39,156 nt of DNA from Nanobdellati archaeon (GTDB lineage Archaea > EX4484-52 > WAPT01), in NCBI GenBank assembly GCA_015520605.1, contig WAPT01000019.1, positions 1 through 39,156 of the forward strand, written 5' to 3'. Under the pieces are notes generated by a model. It saw nothing but the letters and a program-made list of their open reading frames with translations. It was not told the DNA's origin and did not search any database. How positions within the stretch are numbered: the stretch's first letter is position 1; each line of letters starts with the position of its first letter. Shown piece by piece: positions 28,894 to 38,353 of this stretch. The translations under genes were made by a program, and so were the position numbers.

Positions 28894-29523
28894 CTACTTG
28901 TTTGTATCTATTTCTATAGCCTTTCTTATCTGGTGAAGCAGCTCAGCTGGGCTTTTGATCGGATACTCAAGTTTGTCGAGTATCTCTTCTATTGGCCTGC
29001 CCTTTATCACGAGTCCACCGAGTCTGTTTTTCAGTGTGTTCTTTTCCACTGGAAAGTCTGCCCCCTTGAGCCTTGATAGCACATGTACCGCCCATTCGGC
29101 ACCTAAGCTTTTCACAGCCTGCTTAGTTATTTCTATTGCGAGGTTGATCTCATCCCTGCCTGCCATGATCTCTTGGTAAGCGAGCTTTGCAAGGGCCCCC
29201 GCTGTGTGTGTTCTCCTTTCCTCGTCCTTCTCCGCTACAATTTCCTCACCCAACTTTGCTTTAAGCACCTCAGGATCAGCTCTTAACATGTTCTGCACAC
29301 TCTGTTTTGTCATACCTAGCAATGACGCTATGGTTTCGGCGCTATAACTCTTATCCTTAGCATACACTATGGCATAGCTGGCTGCCATCAAGCTTGGAAG
29401 CCATGTTAAATTGCGGTGCTCCACAAGCTTTTTTGGCCCGCCGAGTATCTCTATACTCTTAAGAAAAACTCTCATTGCCTTTGAATCAACATCCTCCACA
29501 ACGGGCTTAACCTCCACTACCAT
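28894..29523 (-). CDS. KaiC-associated regulatory-domain protein (near-KaiC family) with a small C-terminal helical domain
   Basis: LGGP..L.E.RNLTWLPSLM.A.Y, an HTH-like segment (AETIASLLGMTKQSVQNML) and HTAGALAKLAY; overlaps the KaiC-domain gene. Confidence 0.75.
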   Translation of the reverse strand: MVVEVKPVVEDVDSKAMRVFLKSIEILGGPKKLVEHRNLTWLPSLMAASYAIVYAKDKSYSAETIASLLGMTKQSVQNMLRADPEVLKAKLGEEIVAEKDEERRTHTAGALAKLAYQEIMAGRDEINLAIEITKQAVKSLGAEWAVHVLSRLKGADFPVEKNTLKNRLGGLVIKGRPIEEILDKLEYPIKSPAELLHQIRKAIEIDTNK

Positions 29524-30437
29524 GACTCACCACCCCCTCCAAATTTGAGTGTGCTCTGCTTCTGCGCTTCCTTTAATAGCTCATCAAGAGAAGGCCCCAC
29601 CCTCACAAGCCCCGTCTCAGTTATCTCGAATATGTGTGTCTTAGTGTCGTGCCCGCACATCCTGCAGCCGTCAATTCTGATCAGCCTAACTATTGAGCCG
29701 ATCGGTCTTCTGTAAATATTTGCAGCATATCTACTCATAATCAGCTCTTTGGAAAGCACAATGGAACAATCGACGATGTGGCTAACTGCATAGCCTCCAG
29801 CTGCCTCAGCGGTCAACTCTTCATGCCCGCTCCTCTTTTGTGATACGAAAAGAGCTGTCTGATGTTTCAGCTTCATAAAGTTGAACAACCTTCTCACTAC
29901 ACTCCTGGCCATCATTTCCTTAGCTTCGTAAAGTCCTGTTACAGAGTCTATGACTACAGACTTGGTCTCATAAGTATCTATGGCATACTCCAACGTGTTC
30001 AGCAAACTTGAAATGTCCTCCCTCAAGATTGCGTGTGTAGCAGCATCCACCATGATTATGTTGTCCTCTATCTCATCCCATCTGATTCCCATGGCCTTTG
30101 CTCTCTCCTTAAGACCCATGCTGACGAAAGCAGCAGGAGATTCGACGGTCACAAAGCAAACTTTGTACCCTCTTGAAGCTTGTGTAACCGCGAACTGCTC
30201 AACCATGAGGCTCTTACCGGTGTCAGAAACACCCGTTATGTTGACCACCGCCAGGTAAGGTATTCCGCCTAGGGGGATCTTCTTAACCTTACCGTCCTCA
30301 ATCTTCGTTGTGAAGAACATCTCGTCAAGCCCTTCAACACCAGTCGGAATCCCAAAGAGTTTTGGGGCTCTCTTGCCAACTTCCTCTAGTGTTTCCACAG
30401 CCCCCTCTATGACTTTCGGTTGTCTTGCCCCAACCAT
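29517..30437 (-). CDS. Single-domain KaiC-like ATPase (thermophile AF_0795-type family)
   Basis: GIPTGVEGLD, Walker A GVSDTGKS, Walker B VVIDSVTGLYE, SQKR, AAGGYAVSHIVD, RIDGCRMCGHD. Confidence 0.88.
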   Translation of the reverse strand: MVGARQPKVIEGAVETLEEVGKRAPKLFGIPTGVEGLDEMFFTTKIEDGKVKKIPLGGIPYLAVVNITGVSDTGKSLMVEQFAVTQASRGYKVCFVTVESPAAFVSMGLKERAKAMGIRWDEIEDNIIMVDAATHAILREDISSLLNTLEYAIDTYETKSVVIDSVTGLYEAKEMMARSVVRRLFNFMKLKHQTALFVSQKRSGHEELTAEAAGGYAVSHIVDCSIVLSKELIMSRYAANIYRRPIGSIVRLIRIDGCRMCGHDTKTHIFEITETGLVRVGPSLDELLKEAQKQSTLKFGGGGESW

Positions 30438-30520
30438 AATTTATCATTCGGTGAGAAATTTTTTAAATGAAAAGTTGAAAGCAAAAAAACTTTATATTGG
30501 GGTTAGAACAACCATTCATT

Positions 30521-31183
30521 ATGTTTCTGAAAGGAAAGAAGCTCAATATAGTGATCATGGGCGGTGGGAAGCTGGGAGAGCATGTGGCCAAGGTCATGGA
30601 ATCCAGAGGGCACAAAGTGAATGTTATAGAAAAGAATGAAGAAAAAGCCAAGTCCCTCTCAACAAAAATAAGCGGAGTCGTGATAAACGGAGATGGTACC
30701 GACATTCTCGTGCTGAAGGAGGCGGGAATAACAAAGGCTGACGTTTTTCTCGCTCTCAGCGGGGATGACAAGGCAAACCTTATGGCCTGCGAGATTGCAA
30801 AGAGTTTTAACATCCCCAAGATAGTTGCAGTGGTTAATCAACCGGGTAACGAGGAGCTCTTCGTGAAGCTGGGTATAGGTAACATAGTGCCTGTCACGCA
30901 GCAGGTCGCCAATGCCGTTGAGAACATCATAATGAGTGATGGAAGCAGGATAATAGGTGAAATCGCCAACGGTGCCGTGAAGATAGCGGAGCTGGTCGTG
31001 AGTGAGAACTCAAAGTATGTCGGAAAAAGGTGGAGCGACATAAAGGACTTTTTTCTTGCAGGGGTGTGGAGAAACGGGACATACATTTTTCCCCATAATC
31101 ACCTGAAAATCGAGGCCGGAGATGTACTTCTTGTCGTTGCCAGAACGAAGGACATGGAAAAAATAGCCAGCAGGTTGGGATGA
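30521..31183 (+). CDS. trkA: Trk potassium uptake regulatory subunit (RCK_N plus RCK_C)
   Basis: Rossmann IVIMGGGKLG, GDGTD...L.EAGI, DDKANL, C-terminal IEAGDVLLV; start at ATG 30521. Confidence 0.93.
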   Translation: MFLKGKKLNIVIMGGGKLGEHVAKVMESRGHKVNVIEKNEEKAKSLSTKISGVVINGDGTDILVLKEAGITKADVFLALSGDDKANLMACEIAKSFNIPKIVAVVNQPGNEELFVKLGIGNIVPVTQQVANAVENIIMSDGSRIIGEIANGAVKIAELVVSENSKYVGKRWSDIKDFFLAGVWRNGTYIFPHNHLKIEAGDVLLVVARTKDMEKIASRLG

Positions 31184-31186
31184 GTT

Positions 31187-32551
31187 ATGAAAAATGTCCT
31201 CGTCTATCTCGGAATGTTACTTCAGCTTGTATCTGTGTTCCCGCTTATCCCGGGAGTATTTGCATTGATACATGGTGAGTTCGGCTATGCATTTTACACA
31301 GTATCACTTCTCTATATATTTCTGGGGGTGATTCTCGAGAAGTACTTCGGAAAGGGCGGTTACGAGGATCTCTCATTTTCCGACGCATTAAAACTTACTG
31401 CACTATCGTTCATAATTATACCTGTTATCGGGGCAATACCTTATCACATCATGACGAATATGAGTATTACAGATGCCATGTTTGAAAGCATCTCTGGTTT
31501 TACGACCACAGGCCTAACGGTGATTAATGACCCTTCAACCCTTCCGAAATCTCTTCTCTTGTGGAGAAGCATGACACAGTGGATGGGTGGAATAGGTATA
31601 GTCATAGTTTTTTTGGGGATAATAAGGGAGGTCTCGACCTCCACCCTCAATATTTTCTCAGCGCAAAACATAGAGAAAAAACTGGGATATGATATCTTAT
31701 CGCTATCGAGAAGGATTTTCCACCTCTATATTTTACTCACAACTTTTGGCGTGGTGCTCTTTTTCCTCTCATCCAGAAACATTTTTCTCGCGGTCAACTA
31801 CGCGTTAACTTCCATCTCCACGGGAGGGTTTCAGCCCGTAAAGAGCTTTCCTACAGACCCTCCAATGCTTCTCTCAGCGATAGTGATGATGCTTGCGGGC
31901 AGCATCAGCTTCCTCCTGCTGGAGGATGTATTCAGGGGAAAAATAAGAAAGGCTATCACCTCTCCCCAGATTATATGGATGTCGGTATTTCTCTCCACTC
32001 TCGCAGCCTATACTTTTTTGAAAACGAAAAACATCATTCTCTCAACCTTTCAGATCGTTTCGGCTCTAACAACAACAGGATACCAAACAGCTAACTTCTC
32101 AGCAATTCCTGAGGTGGTGTTTTTCGTTTTTATCATCGCAATGATAATCGGAGGGAACACAAATTCCACCGCAGGCGGTATAAAAACGGAGAGGGCGGGG
32201 CTTGTGTTCTCCTGCATAAGATGGAGCGTTAAAAGAGCGAGCCTTCCGAGAAGAGCCATAATCCCTGTGAGGTTTGGAAGAAGGATCGTGGAGGATGAGG
32301 AGCTCAAACTTGCGCTTATCTTCATCACAACCTACCTCGCTTTCGGTACGCTTGCCTCATTCGTTATATCTCTCGATAATGTACCTTTCAGACATGCGCT
32401 TTTTCAGTCCTTCTCCGCCATAGGAACCGTGGGGCTGAGCAGCGAGAGTATAGCCGGCTATGGTTTGTTATCCAAACTAACACTTATGGTACTCATGCTT
32501 TTTGGAAGGCTGGAGATATTCCCACTGCTTGTTTTGATGGTTAAAGACTGA
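31187..32551 (+). CDS. trkH: Trk potassium uptake membrane subunit
   Basis: Four pore motifs SGFTTTG, STGGF, TTTGY, GTVGLS; QWMGGIG, STAGGIK, GRLEI. Confidence 0.96.
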   Translation: MKNVLVYLGMLLQLVSVFPLIPGVFALIHGEFGYAFYTVSLLYIFLGVILEKYFGKGGYEDLSFSDALKLTALSFIIIPVIGAIPYHIMTNMSITDAMFESISGFTTTGLTVINDPSTLPKSLLLWRSMTQWMGGIGIVIVFLGIIREVSTSTLNIFSAQNIEKKLGYDILSLSRRIFHLYILLTTFGVVLFFLSSRNIFLAVNYALTSISTGGFQPVKSFPTDPPMLLSAIVMMLAGSISFLLLEDVFRGKIRKAITSPQIIWMSVFLSTLAAYTFLKTKNIILSTFQIVSALTTTGYQTANFSAIPEVVFFVFIIAMIIGGNTNSTAGGIKTERAGLVFSCIRWSVKRASLPRRAIIPVRFGRRIVEDEELKLALIFITTYLAFGTLASFVISLDNVPFRHALFQSFSAIGTVGLSSESIAGYGLLSKLTLMVLMLFGRLEIFPLLVLMVKD

Positions 32552-32566
32552 GGGGGTGATTATTGT

Positions 32567-34069
32567 ATGAAGCTGCGAATCAAACCGCTTGATTTGAACG
32601 CGAGGTATTCAATTGCTGTGGTGAACGCCAAGGATGCCTACAGACTGGGGGTTCATGCGGGAGATAGAATCGCCATAAAGTACGGAAACGAGGTGAAATA
32701 TGCGATTGTGGACACAACCTCAACACTGGTTGGTGAGGGCGAACTTGGCATAACGAGGGATATGTTGGAGTGCGGGGTAGATGAAAACCGCATAGTTGAG
32801 GTTGAGCCTGTGGCAAAACCACGGGCAGTTGAGCTCATAAAAAAGAAACTCTCTGGAGAGGAAGAGCTGAGCGAAGCGGAGATTAAAGAGATAATGCGGG
32901 ACATAGCGAATGACATGTTATCTGATGTCGAGGTGGCGGCATATATCTCAGCGGTCTATACCCACGATTACAGTGAGAACGAACTCCTCGCTGTCATAAA
33001 GGAGATGGTATCTGCAGGACTGACAGTCGAATGGAGCGCAAAGCACGTTGCGGATAAGCACAGCATAGGAGGTGTGCCCGGAAACAGGGTCTCGCCCATA
33101 GTGGTGTCTGTGGTTGCGGCATCGGGAATATTAATACCCAAAACATCTTCAAGAGCGATAACCTCCCCGGCCGGAACAGCCGACACGATGGAAGTTGTGT
33201 GTGATGTGAGCTTCAGCATAGATGAAATAAAAAAGATCGTGAAGAGAACCAAGGGCTGCCTTGTGTGGGGCGGTGCCCTTGACCTTGCCCCCATAGATGA
33301 TAAACTGATAAGGATAGAGAGACCTCTCTCGCTCGATCCGAAGGGACAGGTGCTGGCATCCGTGCTCTCCAAGAAGAAGGCAATAGGCGCAAAGCAGGTG
33401 GTCATAGATATACCTGTGGGGAACGAGGCCAAGGTGAGGAGCATGGACAGCGCAATAACGCTTGCAAGGAGATTCAAGAGAGTGGGCAGGAAACTTGGGA
33501 TGGATGTTGAGTGCACCATAACGAGGGGTGAGGAGCCCATAGGAAGGGGTGTCGGGCCGGTGCTTGAGATGCTGGACATAATGAGAATTCTCAACAATGA
33601 TGTATCCGAGCTTCACGATCTGAAAATGAAAGCCGTGATGCTCGCCGGAACCTTGCTTAAAATGTGCGGTAAGGGGGATGAACGTGTAGCGCTGAAGATT
33701 ATAGAGAGTGGAAAAGCGCTGAAAAAATTTGCCGAAATAGTTGAGGCGCAGAACGGAACCATAAACATCGATCTTGAGAGCATGGTCGGAGACAAAACGT
33801 ACGATTTTGTGGCAGAGCAAGATGGTGTGGTGCTCGACATAAGCATAAGGAGTATAGCTTCGATAGCAAGAATCGCAGGCGCTCCTGCTGATAAAGGTGC
33901 CGGTGTCTACATGTTCGTTAAGAAAGGTGAGGAGATTAAGAAAGGGCAGCGGCTCTTCAGGATCCATGCGGAAAGTGCCGTGAAGTTGAGGAATGCTGTA
34001 CGCTATGCAAAGGAGAGCATGCCTGTGCTGGTGGGGAGGAGAGAGGATCTGTTGCTCAGAAAGATATAA
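32567..34069 (+). CDS. deoA: AMP phosphorylase (archaeal thymidine-phosphorylase family)
   Basis: N-terminal double-psi-barrel-like extension, DKHSIGGVPGN, KTSSRAITSPAGTAD, ERPLSLDP, GAPADKGAG; GGGGGTGA Shine-Dalgarno. Confidence 0.95.
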   Translation: MKLRIKPLDLNARYSIAVVNAKDAYRLGVHAGDRIAIKYGNEVKYAIVDTTSTLVGEGELGITRDMLECGVDENRIVEVEPVAKPRAVELIKKKLSGEEELSEAEIKEIMRDIANDMLSDVEVAAYISAVYTHDYSENELLAVIKEMVSAGLTVEWSAKHVADKHSIGGVPGNRVSPIVVSVVAASGILIPKTSSRAITSPAGTADTMEVVCDVSFSIDEIKKIVKRTKGCLVWGGALDLAPIDDKLIRIERPLSLDPKGQVLASVLSKKKAIGAKQVVIDIPVGNEAKVRSMDSAITLARRFKRVGRKLGMDVECTITRGEEPIGRGVGPVLEMLDIMRILNNDVSELHDLKMKAVMLAGTLLKMCGKGDERVALKIIESGKALKKFAEIVEAQNGTINIDLESMVGDKTYDFVAEQDGVVLDISIRSIASIARIAGAPADKGAGVYMFVKKGEEIKKGQRLFRIHAESAVKLRNAVRYAKESMPVLVGRREDLLLRKI

Positions 34070-34082
34070 CAACCTTGACTCT

Positions 34083-35297
34083 TTACTCCACTATTCTTTC
34101 CTCTCCTATGAGATTCAGAACCTCATGTATCACGTCCTTTGCATGGATCCTGGAAAGAAGACCGCAGTGACAATCTCTCTCCCCGAACCTGAAACAGTTA
34201 TCGGCCCTCACACCCTCGCCGTGAATAAGGAGTGGAACATCATCACCGCTATGGTCCATTAAACTGCACGGAGTGGAATGGTCGCCCGTCACCACAATAA
34301 CACCGTCCACACCATAAATTTTGCTGAGAGCTTTATCAAACCTCTCTATGAACTCCTTTTTGCCGATGGCATCTCCGTCATGTCCGAACAGGTCGGTGGC
34401 TTTAACATGGAGAAATATAAAGTCATAGTTTTTGAGAGCATTCTTTGCTGCAAGAATCTTTGCATCTACATCGGTGTTCTTCGTGCCGGAGGCACCCCTC
34501 ACATTCAAGACATCCATTCCGAAATATCGCGCAACACCCTTGTAAAGTCCAGCACCCGCTATGCAGCAGGCCTTCAGATCATACCTCTCTCTGAAACTCT
34601 CAGCACTTCTGTACTCTCCAGCCCCCCTTACCAGAAGGTAGTTTGCGGGAGGCAGGCCTTTCTTTTCCCTCTCCCTGTTCACATCATGAGTTGAGAGGAT
34701 CCCGGCAGCTTTATCGATATATTTCTGCAGGAGTTTTGCGGTTTTTACGGCATCGGGGTTTCTGGTTTTGGGCTTTATTTTTAGTGGTTTTCTGCCGGTT
34801 TTGTGGGGATCATTTCCCTCAATCTCACTGCTTAGCCCCGAGCCCCTAATTATCAGTGCCGCCCTGTGTTCCACCCCGGCTTTAAGGATGAACTGCACAC
34901 CATCGATCTCCATCGTCAGATCTTTCTCAAATACGCTTACATCTTCTATTCTCCCAGCTCTCCTGTCCATAATTTTACCGTCCTTAATTGTGGCAAAGTT
35001 CACCCTCAGCGCGATATCACCTTTTTCGAGCTTCGCACCGATTCCCAGGGCTTCAAGCACACCCCTCCCCGGGTAGAACTCGCGGAACGGGTGGTAACCG
35101 AAAAGCTCGAAATGCGCCGGACCGGATTCAACGACAATTCCGGGATCTATCGGCACGTGAAAACCACAAATACCTTCCCTTGCAAGGTAATCCATAAAAG
35201 GTGTTGATGCGGCCTCCAGCGGCGTCTCCCCGTAAAGCTCTTTACACGGCCTGTCTCCGAGCCCGTCAAGAACGATGAAAATTATTCTGAAAGTCAT
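34083..35297 (-). CDS. apgM: 2,3-bisphosphoglycerate-independent phosphoglycerate mutase (archaeal type)
   Basis: LDGLGDRP, TPLEAA.TP, GRGVLEALG, DRRAGRI, HVKATD..GHDG, TGDHSTP; start approximate. Confidence 0.95.
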   Translation of the reverse strand: MTFRIIFIVLDGLGDRPCKELYGETPLEAASTPFMDYLAREGICGFHVPIDPGIVVESGPAHFELFGYHPFREFYPGRGVLEALGIGAKLEKGDIALRVNFATIKDGKIMDRRAGRIEDVSVFEKDLTMEIDGVQFILKAGVEHRAALIIRGSGLSSEIEGNDPHKTGRKPLKIKPKTRNPDAVKTAKLLQKYIDKAAGILSTHDVNREREKKGLPPANYLLVRGAGEYRSAESFRERYDLKACCIAGAGLYKGVARYFGMDVLNVRGASGTKNTDVDAKILAAKNALKNYDFIFLHVKATDLFGHDGDAIGKKEFIERFDKALSKIYGVDGVIVVTGDHSTPCSLMDHSGDDVPLLIHGEGVRADNCFRFGERDCHCGLLSRIHAKDVIHEVLNLIGEERIVE

Positions 35298-35406
35298 AAT
35301 AATCATGATGACTTTAAGGAAATATAAAAGTTTATCCAAAGAACAAAAGACTGATTGTGTGTTTCAAGAATAAAATATGTTATATTTCCATAACTCATTT
35401 AAGACT

Positions 35407-35721
35407 TCACTTATAACATCCCGGCGATGTTCCGTGGAGTATCTCCTTACAGGTCACATCTCCACAGGTAACTCCACTACACTGGTCTCCACATGGATCG
35501 TCGGGTCCTGTGATATCCTGTATGTATGTGTTGTCGGGATGTTGCAAACAATAACTTACTATACATGATGCACATGTTGCGGGGTCTCCAACAGCACTCG
35601 TACTTTCTCCAAACCTCGTGGATGATCGTCCGAAGAGCGCCATAACCACCATAGCCACAGCTATTACGACCACAATGGTTATAATAAGCGTCACTGGCAT
35701 TGAGAGGCCCTTCTTTTTCAT
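35407..35721 (-). CDS. Class III signal peptide (pilin-like) protein with a Cys-rich C-terminal domain
   Basis: MKKKG^LSMPVTLIITIVVVIAVAMVVMALF prepilin pattern; 8 Cys in the last ~55 aa. Confidence 0.8.
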   Translation of the reverse strand: MKKKGLSMPVTLIITIVVVIAVAMVVMALFGRSSTRFGESTSAVGDPATCASCIVSYCLQHPDNTYIQDITGPDDPCGDQCSGVTCGDVTCKEILHGTSPGCYK

Positions 35722-35734
35722 GGGTATTCTTTTT

Positions 35735-35760
35735 GTCCTAGATTATATATAAAAATTTCG
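35735..35760. promoter_or_regulatory. TATA-like element between the divergent pilin gene and tRNA-Pro
   Basis: GATTATATATAAAAA at 35741-35755, within ~20-50 bp of both gene starts. Confidence 0.5.
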
Positions 35761-35789
35761 TTGTGAAAAGCGTATGTTATGTTTTTCTA

Positions 35790-35866
35790 GGGGCCGTAGT
35801 GTAGCTTGGTTATCACTCCGGCCCGGGGCGCCGGCAACCCCGGTTCAAATCCGGGCGGCCCCACCA
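35790..35866 (+). tRNA. tRNA-Pro(GGG), intronless, CCA encoded, C at position 33
   Basis: Acceptor GGGGCCG/CGGCCCC plus A-CCA; D arm GTGT..TCAC; anticodon stem CCGGC/GCCGG with loop CCGGGGC; T arm CCCGG-TTCAAAT-CCGGG. Confidence 0.95.
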
Positions 35867-35900
35867 ATGTTTAGCACATTGCAACGTGGTTGGGCAGAAC

Positions 35901-36137
35901 TCATAATCGTTCATGTACTTTTATATTCTCGCTCCTCCACCTTTCCATGTGTCCTTTTTCATCCACAACCAGAATCTCCACGCCATCGTTGTTTATCATG
36001 AGCTTGCAGGTGATCTTTTCATTCCTGATTTTTACCGCACCCGCTATTGGGTGTGGGAGAAGGATTTTGTGCTTCACGATGTCGTAATTCTCATCGAAAC
36101 AGTTCGCCTCTATCAAAAGAGCCCTTCTCCTCACCAT
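35901..36137 (-). CDS. Small hypothetical protein (78 aa)
   Basis: ATG preceded by a GGTGGG Shine-Dalgarno-like motif and an AT-rich upstream region; fills the gap between tRNA and ATPase. No recognisable family. Confidence 0.55.
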   Translation of the reverse strand: MVRRRALLIEANCFDENYDIVKHKILLPHPIAGAVKIRNEKITCKLMINNDGVEILVVDEKGHMERWRSENIKVHERL

Positions 36138-36232
36138 TCCAACCCACCTATTTAATCACATATTAATGATAACATTTTAATATCGAGGAAAATTTAAAAA
36201 CATTACTCTTGTATCCTCACAAACACCATGTT

Positions 36233-38353
36233 CTATATTTCCACAGAAGTCAATCTTTCACCCCTCATCATATTTTCTATTGTTCCCACGCGGAAGAGAA
36301 AACCGCGAATGTTCTCTTTTTTCTTTATTTTTGCCAAATTCTGCAGGAATCGGTTGAGATTCTTCCTGTCCGCAACGAGCACAAACCCCACTTCACCCGC
36401 CTTGTTTAGAAGTTCGCGAACAGAATCTTCATCCGTATCCAACAATAAGAAAATCTTTTTGCTGTCCTTCTCAACAACGATTATTTTTGTGGAGGACTCC
36501 GCGACACACCACCCCCTACCTCTCATTTTTTTAATAAACCTTTCAAACACATCAATGCTTGTTATGTCTTCAGTTTCATCATCTCTAACAAAAATTCTCA
36601 ATGCAGGAATCCAATTCTCCCTTATGAAGTAAATGTGAGCATTCTGACCGTTGAGGATTATCTCTTCAAAGTCCACCACTCCCTCCTCTACCAGATCTCT
36701 CATCAGTCTTTTGAAGGTGGTGCCCGACATCCCCATGTTTTTGTAAAGGTCCGATGCCTTTGCAGCTTCAAATCTGGCCAGTTTCTTCAGCATGACTATC
36801 TGTCTTGTGTTGAATTTTTCCTTTAACTTTTCCACAATCTCCGCGGAGGAGTATGTGTGTTCGCCTTCTTTTTCTTTTGTCACCTTCTTGTCTTTTTCTT
36901 TCATTTTATCCACTTTCGATGCATCATCTGTTTCAGACTCAGAGGTAAGCAAAAACCCTCCGCCTTCCATGAAATCCCTTAAATCACCATCTCTCACTTT
37001 TCCCTTCTCTATTTCCACCTTAGGAAACCTCATGTAGAAGGGTTTGGTAAACTCGATTTTCCTGCAGAAAACAAGACCTTCACCCACTTTCAGTCTCCTC
37101 AGAAAGTCTTTCTCCTCCTCTCCCACGAGGTTGAGCATGCAGGCAGCATCATCAACATCACTTGCGTGTTTCGTCTCAAGTCCGAGGTTCATGTATAGCT
37201 GCGTTGAAGTGTTCCCTAAAGCGGTATAGGACATGAGAGATGGGTGCTGATCCGTATAGATTATTCCCACACCCAGCTCCCTGATTTCCCTGAAAATGAC
37301 ATCCGTAACAGTTTCCGTGCCTAGTTTTTTGGTTTTCTCCCTGTTCAGGATGTGATGTGCTTCCTCCACAACAATGACAGCGTTCAGCTCTTCCTTTTTA
37401 CTGTTCACAAGCAGCCAGTCCCTCAGCCACTGCAGCATGACTTCTATGAAAAACGTTCTGTCGTTGGAGGAAAGCGCATCAAGTTCTAACACCGTCACGC
37501 ACGGCTGGAAAAAAAGCTCAGCGGGGTTAACGCTTCTCTTGGGGTTAAAAGCCTCGCCTATCTCTCTGTAGCAGAGTGAGTCAAGAGCTCTTTTAGCCGT
37601 TGCGGCCCAGTTCCTCTCTCTGGCGGACGTAAAAGCATCCTCGTTCGCATAAATCCACGCTCTTATGTCCTTCAACCTTATTTCTTTGTGGGGACTCATA
37701 GACTCTATTTCATCGAGAGCTCTCAGAACAATATACCTTCCACCTCCCATCATCCAGTAAGCATGGTCGAAGATCTCTGCAAATTCTTTACTCCATTGGG
37801 AAAACGGGACGTTTTCTGGAGGCATCACGGGGTTAAAGTAGAAAGGCGACACATTTCTTCCTACGGTATAGATGCGCATTTTCTCCCTGACTTCGTGGAG
37901 CTGGAGAAGATCCCTGTAATTCCTTTTGGAGAAGTCGAAGATCACCACGGGCACATTTTTCTTCGCAAGCTCCAGAACCAGGTGCTGTACTAGAGTGGTC
38001 TTCCCGTAACCTGTAGAGCCAAAGATACCTATGTGGTGGAGAAGCACATCCATTGGCAGGAGAAATGACGACAGCTTTATGCCTCCGTAGAGGACGTCTC
38101 CCACATAAATGTCTCCTGCTTCAGCAACCTCCTTCGGGGGAGGCTCAAAAATAACGAGGTCTTTTTCAGGCATGAGGGAAAGCATTGCAGCTTTTATAGC
38201 ATCCACGAGGTCTTCCAGAAAGCTTCGGGTTTTCTCATCTCCCGAAAGATAGAGAACCTCAAGCTCCACAACCTTATCCCTACCCAAAACGGGTGCGAGC
38301 TTCTTGACCTCTCTTAAAAATGTTGTCGCTGTGCCCACCACCTCACTCACCAA
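36233..38353 (-). CDS. HerA/FtsK/VirB4-superfamily (DUF87-like) ATPase with C-terminal wHTH and a small alpha/beta domain
   Basis: HIGIFGSTGYGKT Walker A, VVIFD, Walker B IVVEEAH, REIRELGVGIIYTDQHPS; wHTH ASDLYKNMGMSGTTFKRLMRDLVEEGVV; exact start uncertain. Confidence 0.88.
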   Translation of the reverse strand: MVSEVVGTATTFLREVKKLAPVLGRDKVVELEVLYLSGDEKTRSFLEDLVDAIKAAMLSLMPEKDLVIFEPPPKEVAEAGDIYVGDVLYGGIKLSSFLLPMDVLLHHIGIFGSTGYGKTTLVQHLVLELAKKNVPVVIFDFSKRNYRDLLQLHEVREKMRIYTVGRNVSPFYFNPVMPPENVPFSQWSKEFAEIFDHAYWMMGGGRYIVLRALDEIESMSPHKEIRLKDIRAWIYANEDAFTSARERNWAATAKRALDSLCYREIGEAFNPKRSVNPAELFFQPCVTVLELDALSSNDRTFFIEVMLQWLRDWLLVNSKKEELNAVIVVEEAHHILNREKTKKLGTETVTDVIFREIRELGVGIIYTDQHPSLMSYTALGNTSTQLYMNLGLETKHASDVDDAACMLNLVGEEEKDFLRRLKVGEGLVFCRKIEFTKPFYMRFPKVEIEKGKVRDGDLRDFMEGGGFLLTSESETDDASKVDKMKEKDKKVTKEKEGEHTYSSAEIVEKLKEKFNTRQIVMLKKLARFEAAKASDLYKNMGMSGTTFKRLMRDLVEEGVVDFEEIILNGQNAHIYFIRENWIPALRIFVRDDETEDITSIDVFERFIKKMRGRGWCVAESSTKIIVVEKDSKKIFLLLDTDEDSVRELLNKAGEVGFVLVADRKNLNRFLQNLAKIKKKENIRGFLFRVGTIENMMRGERLTSVEI

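Noticed and set aside
21793-34072. Long antisense ORFs (e.g. 21793-22686, 23113-23718, 32968-33597, 33149-34072)
   Set aside because: Opposite-strand shadows of well-conserved genes with no recognisable motifs.
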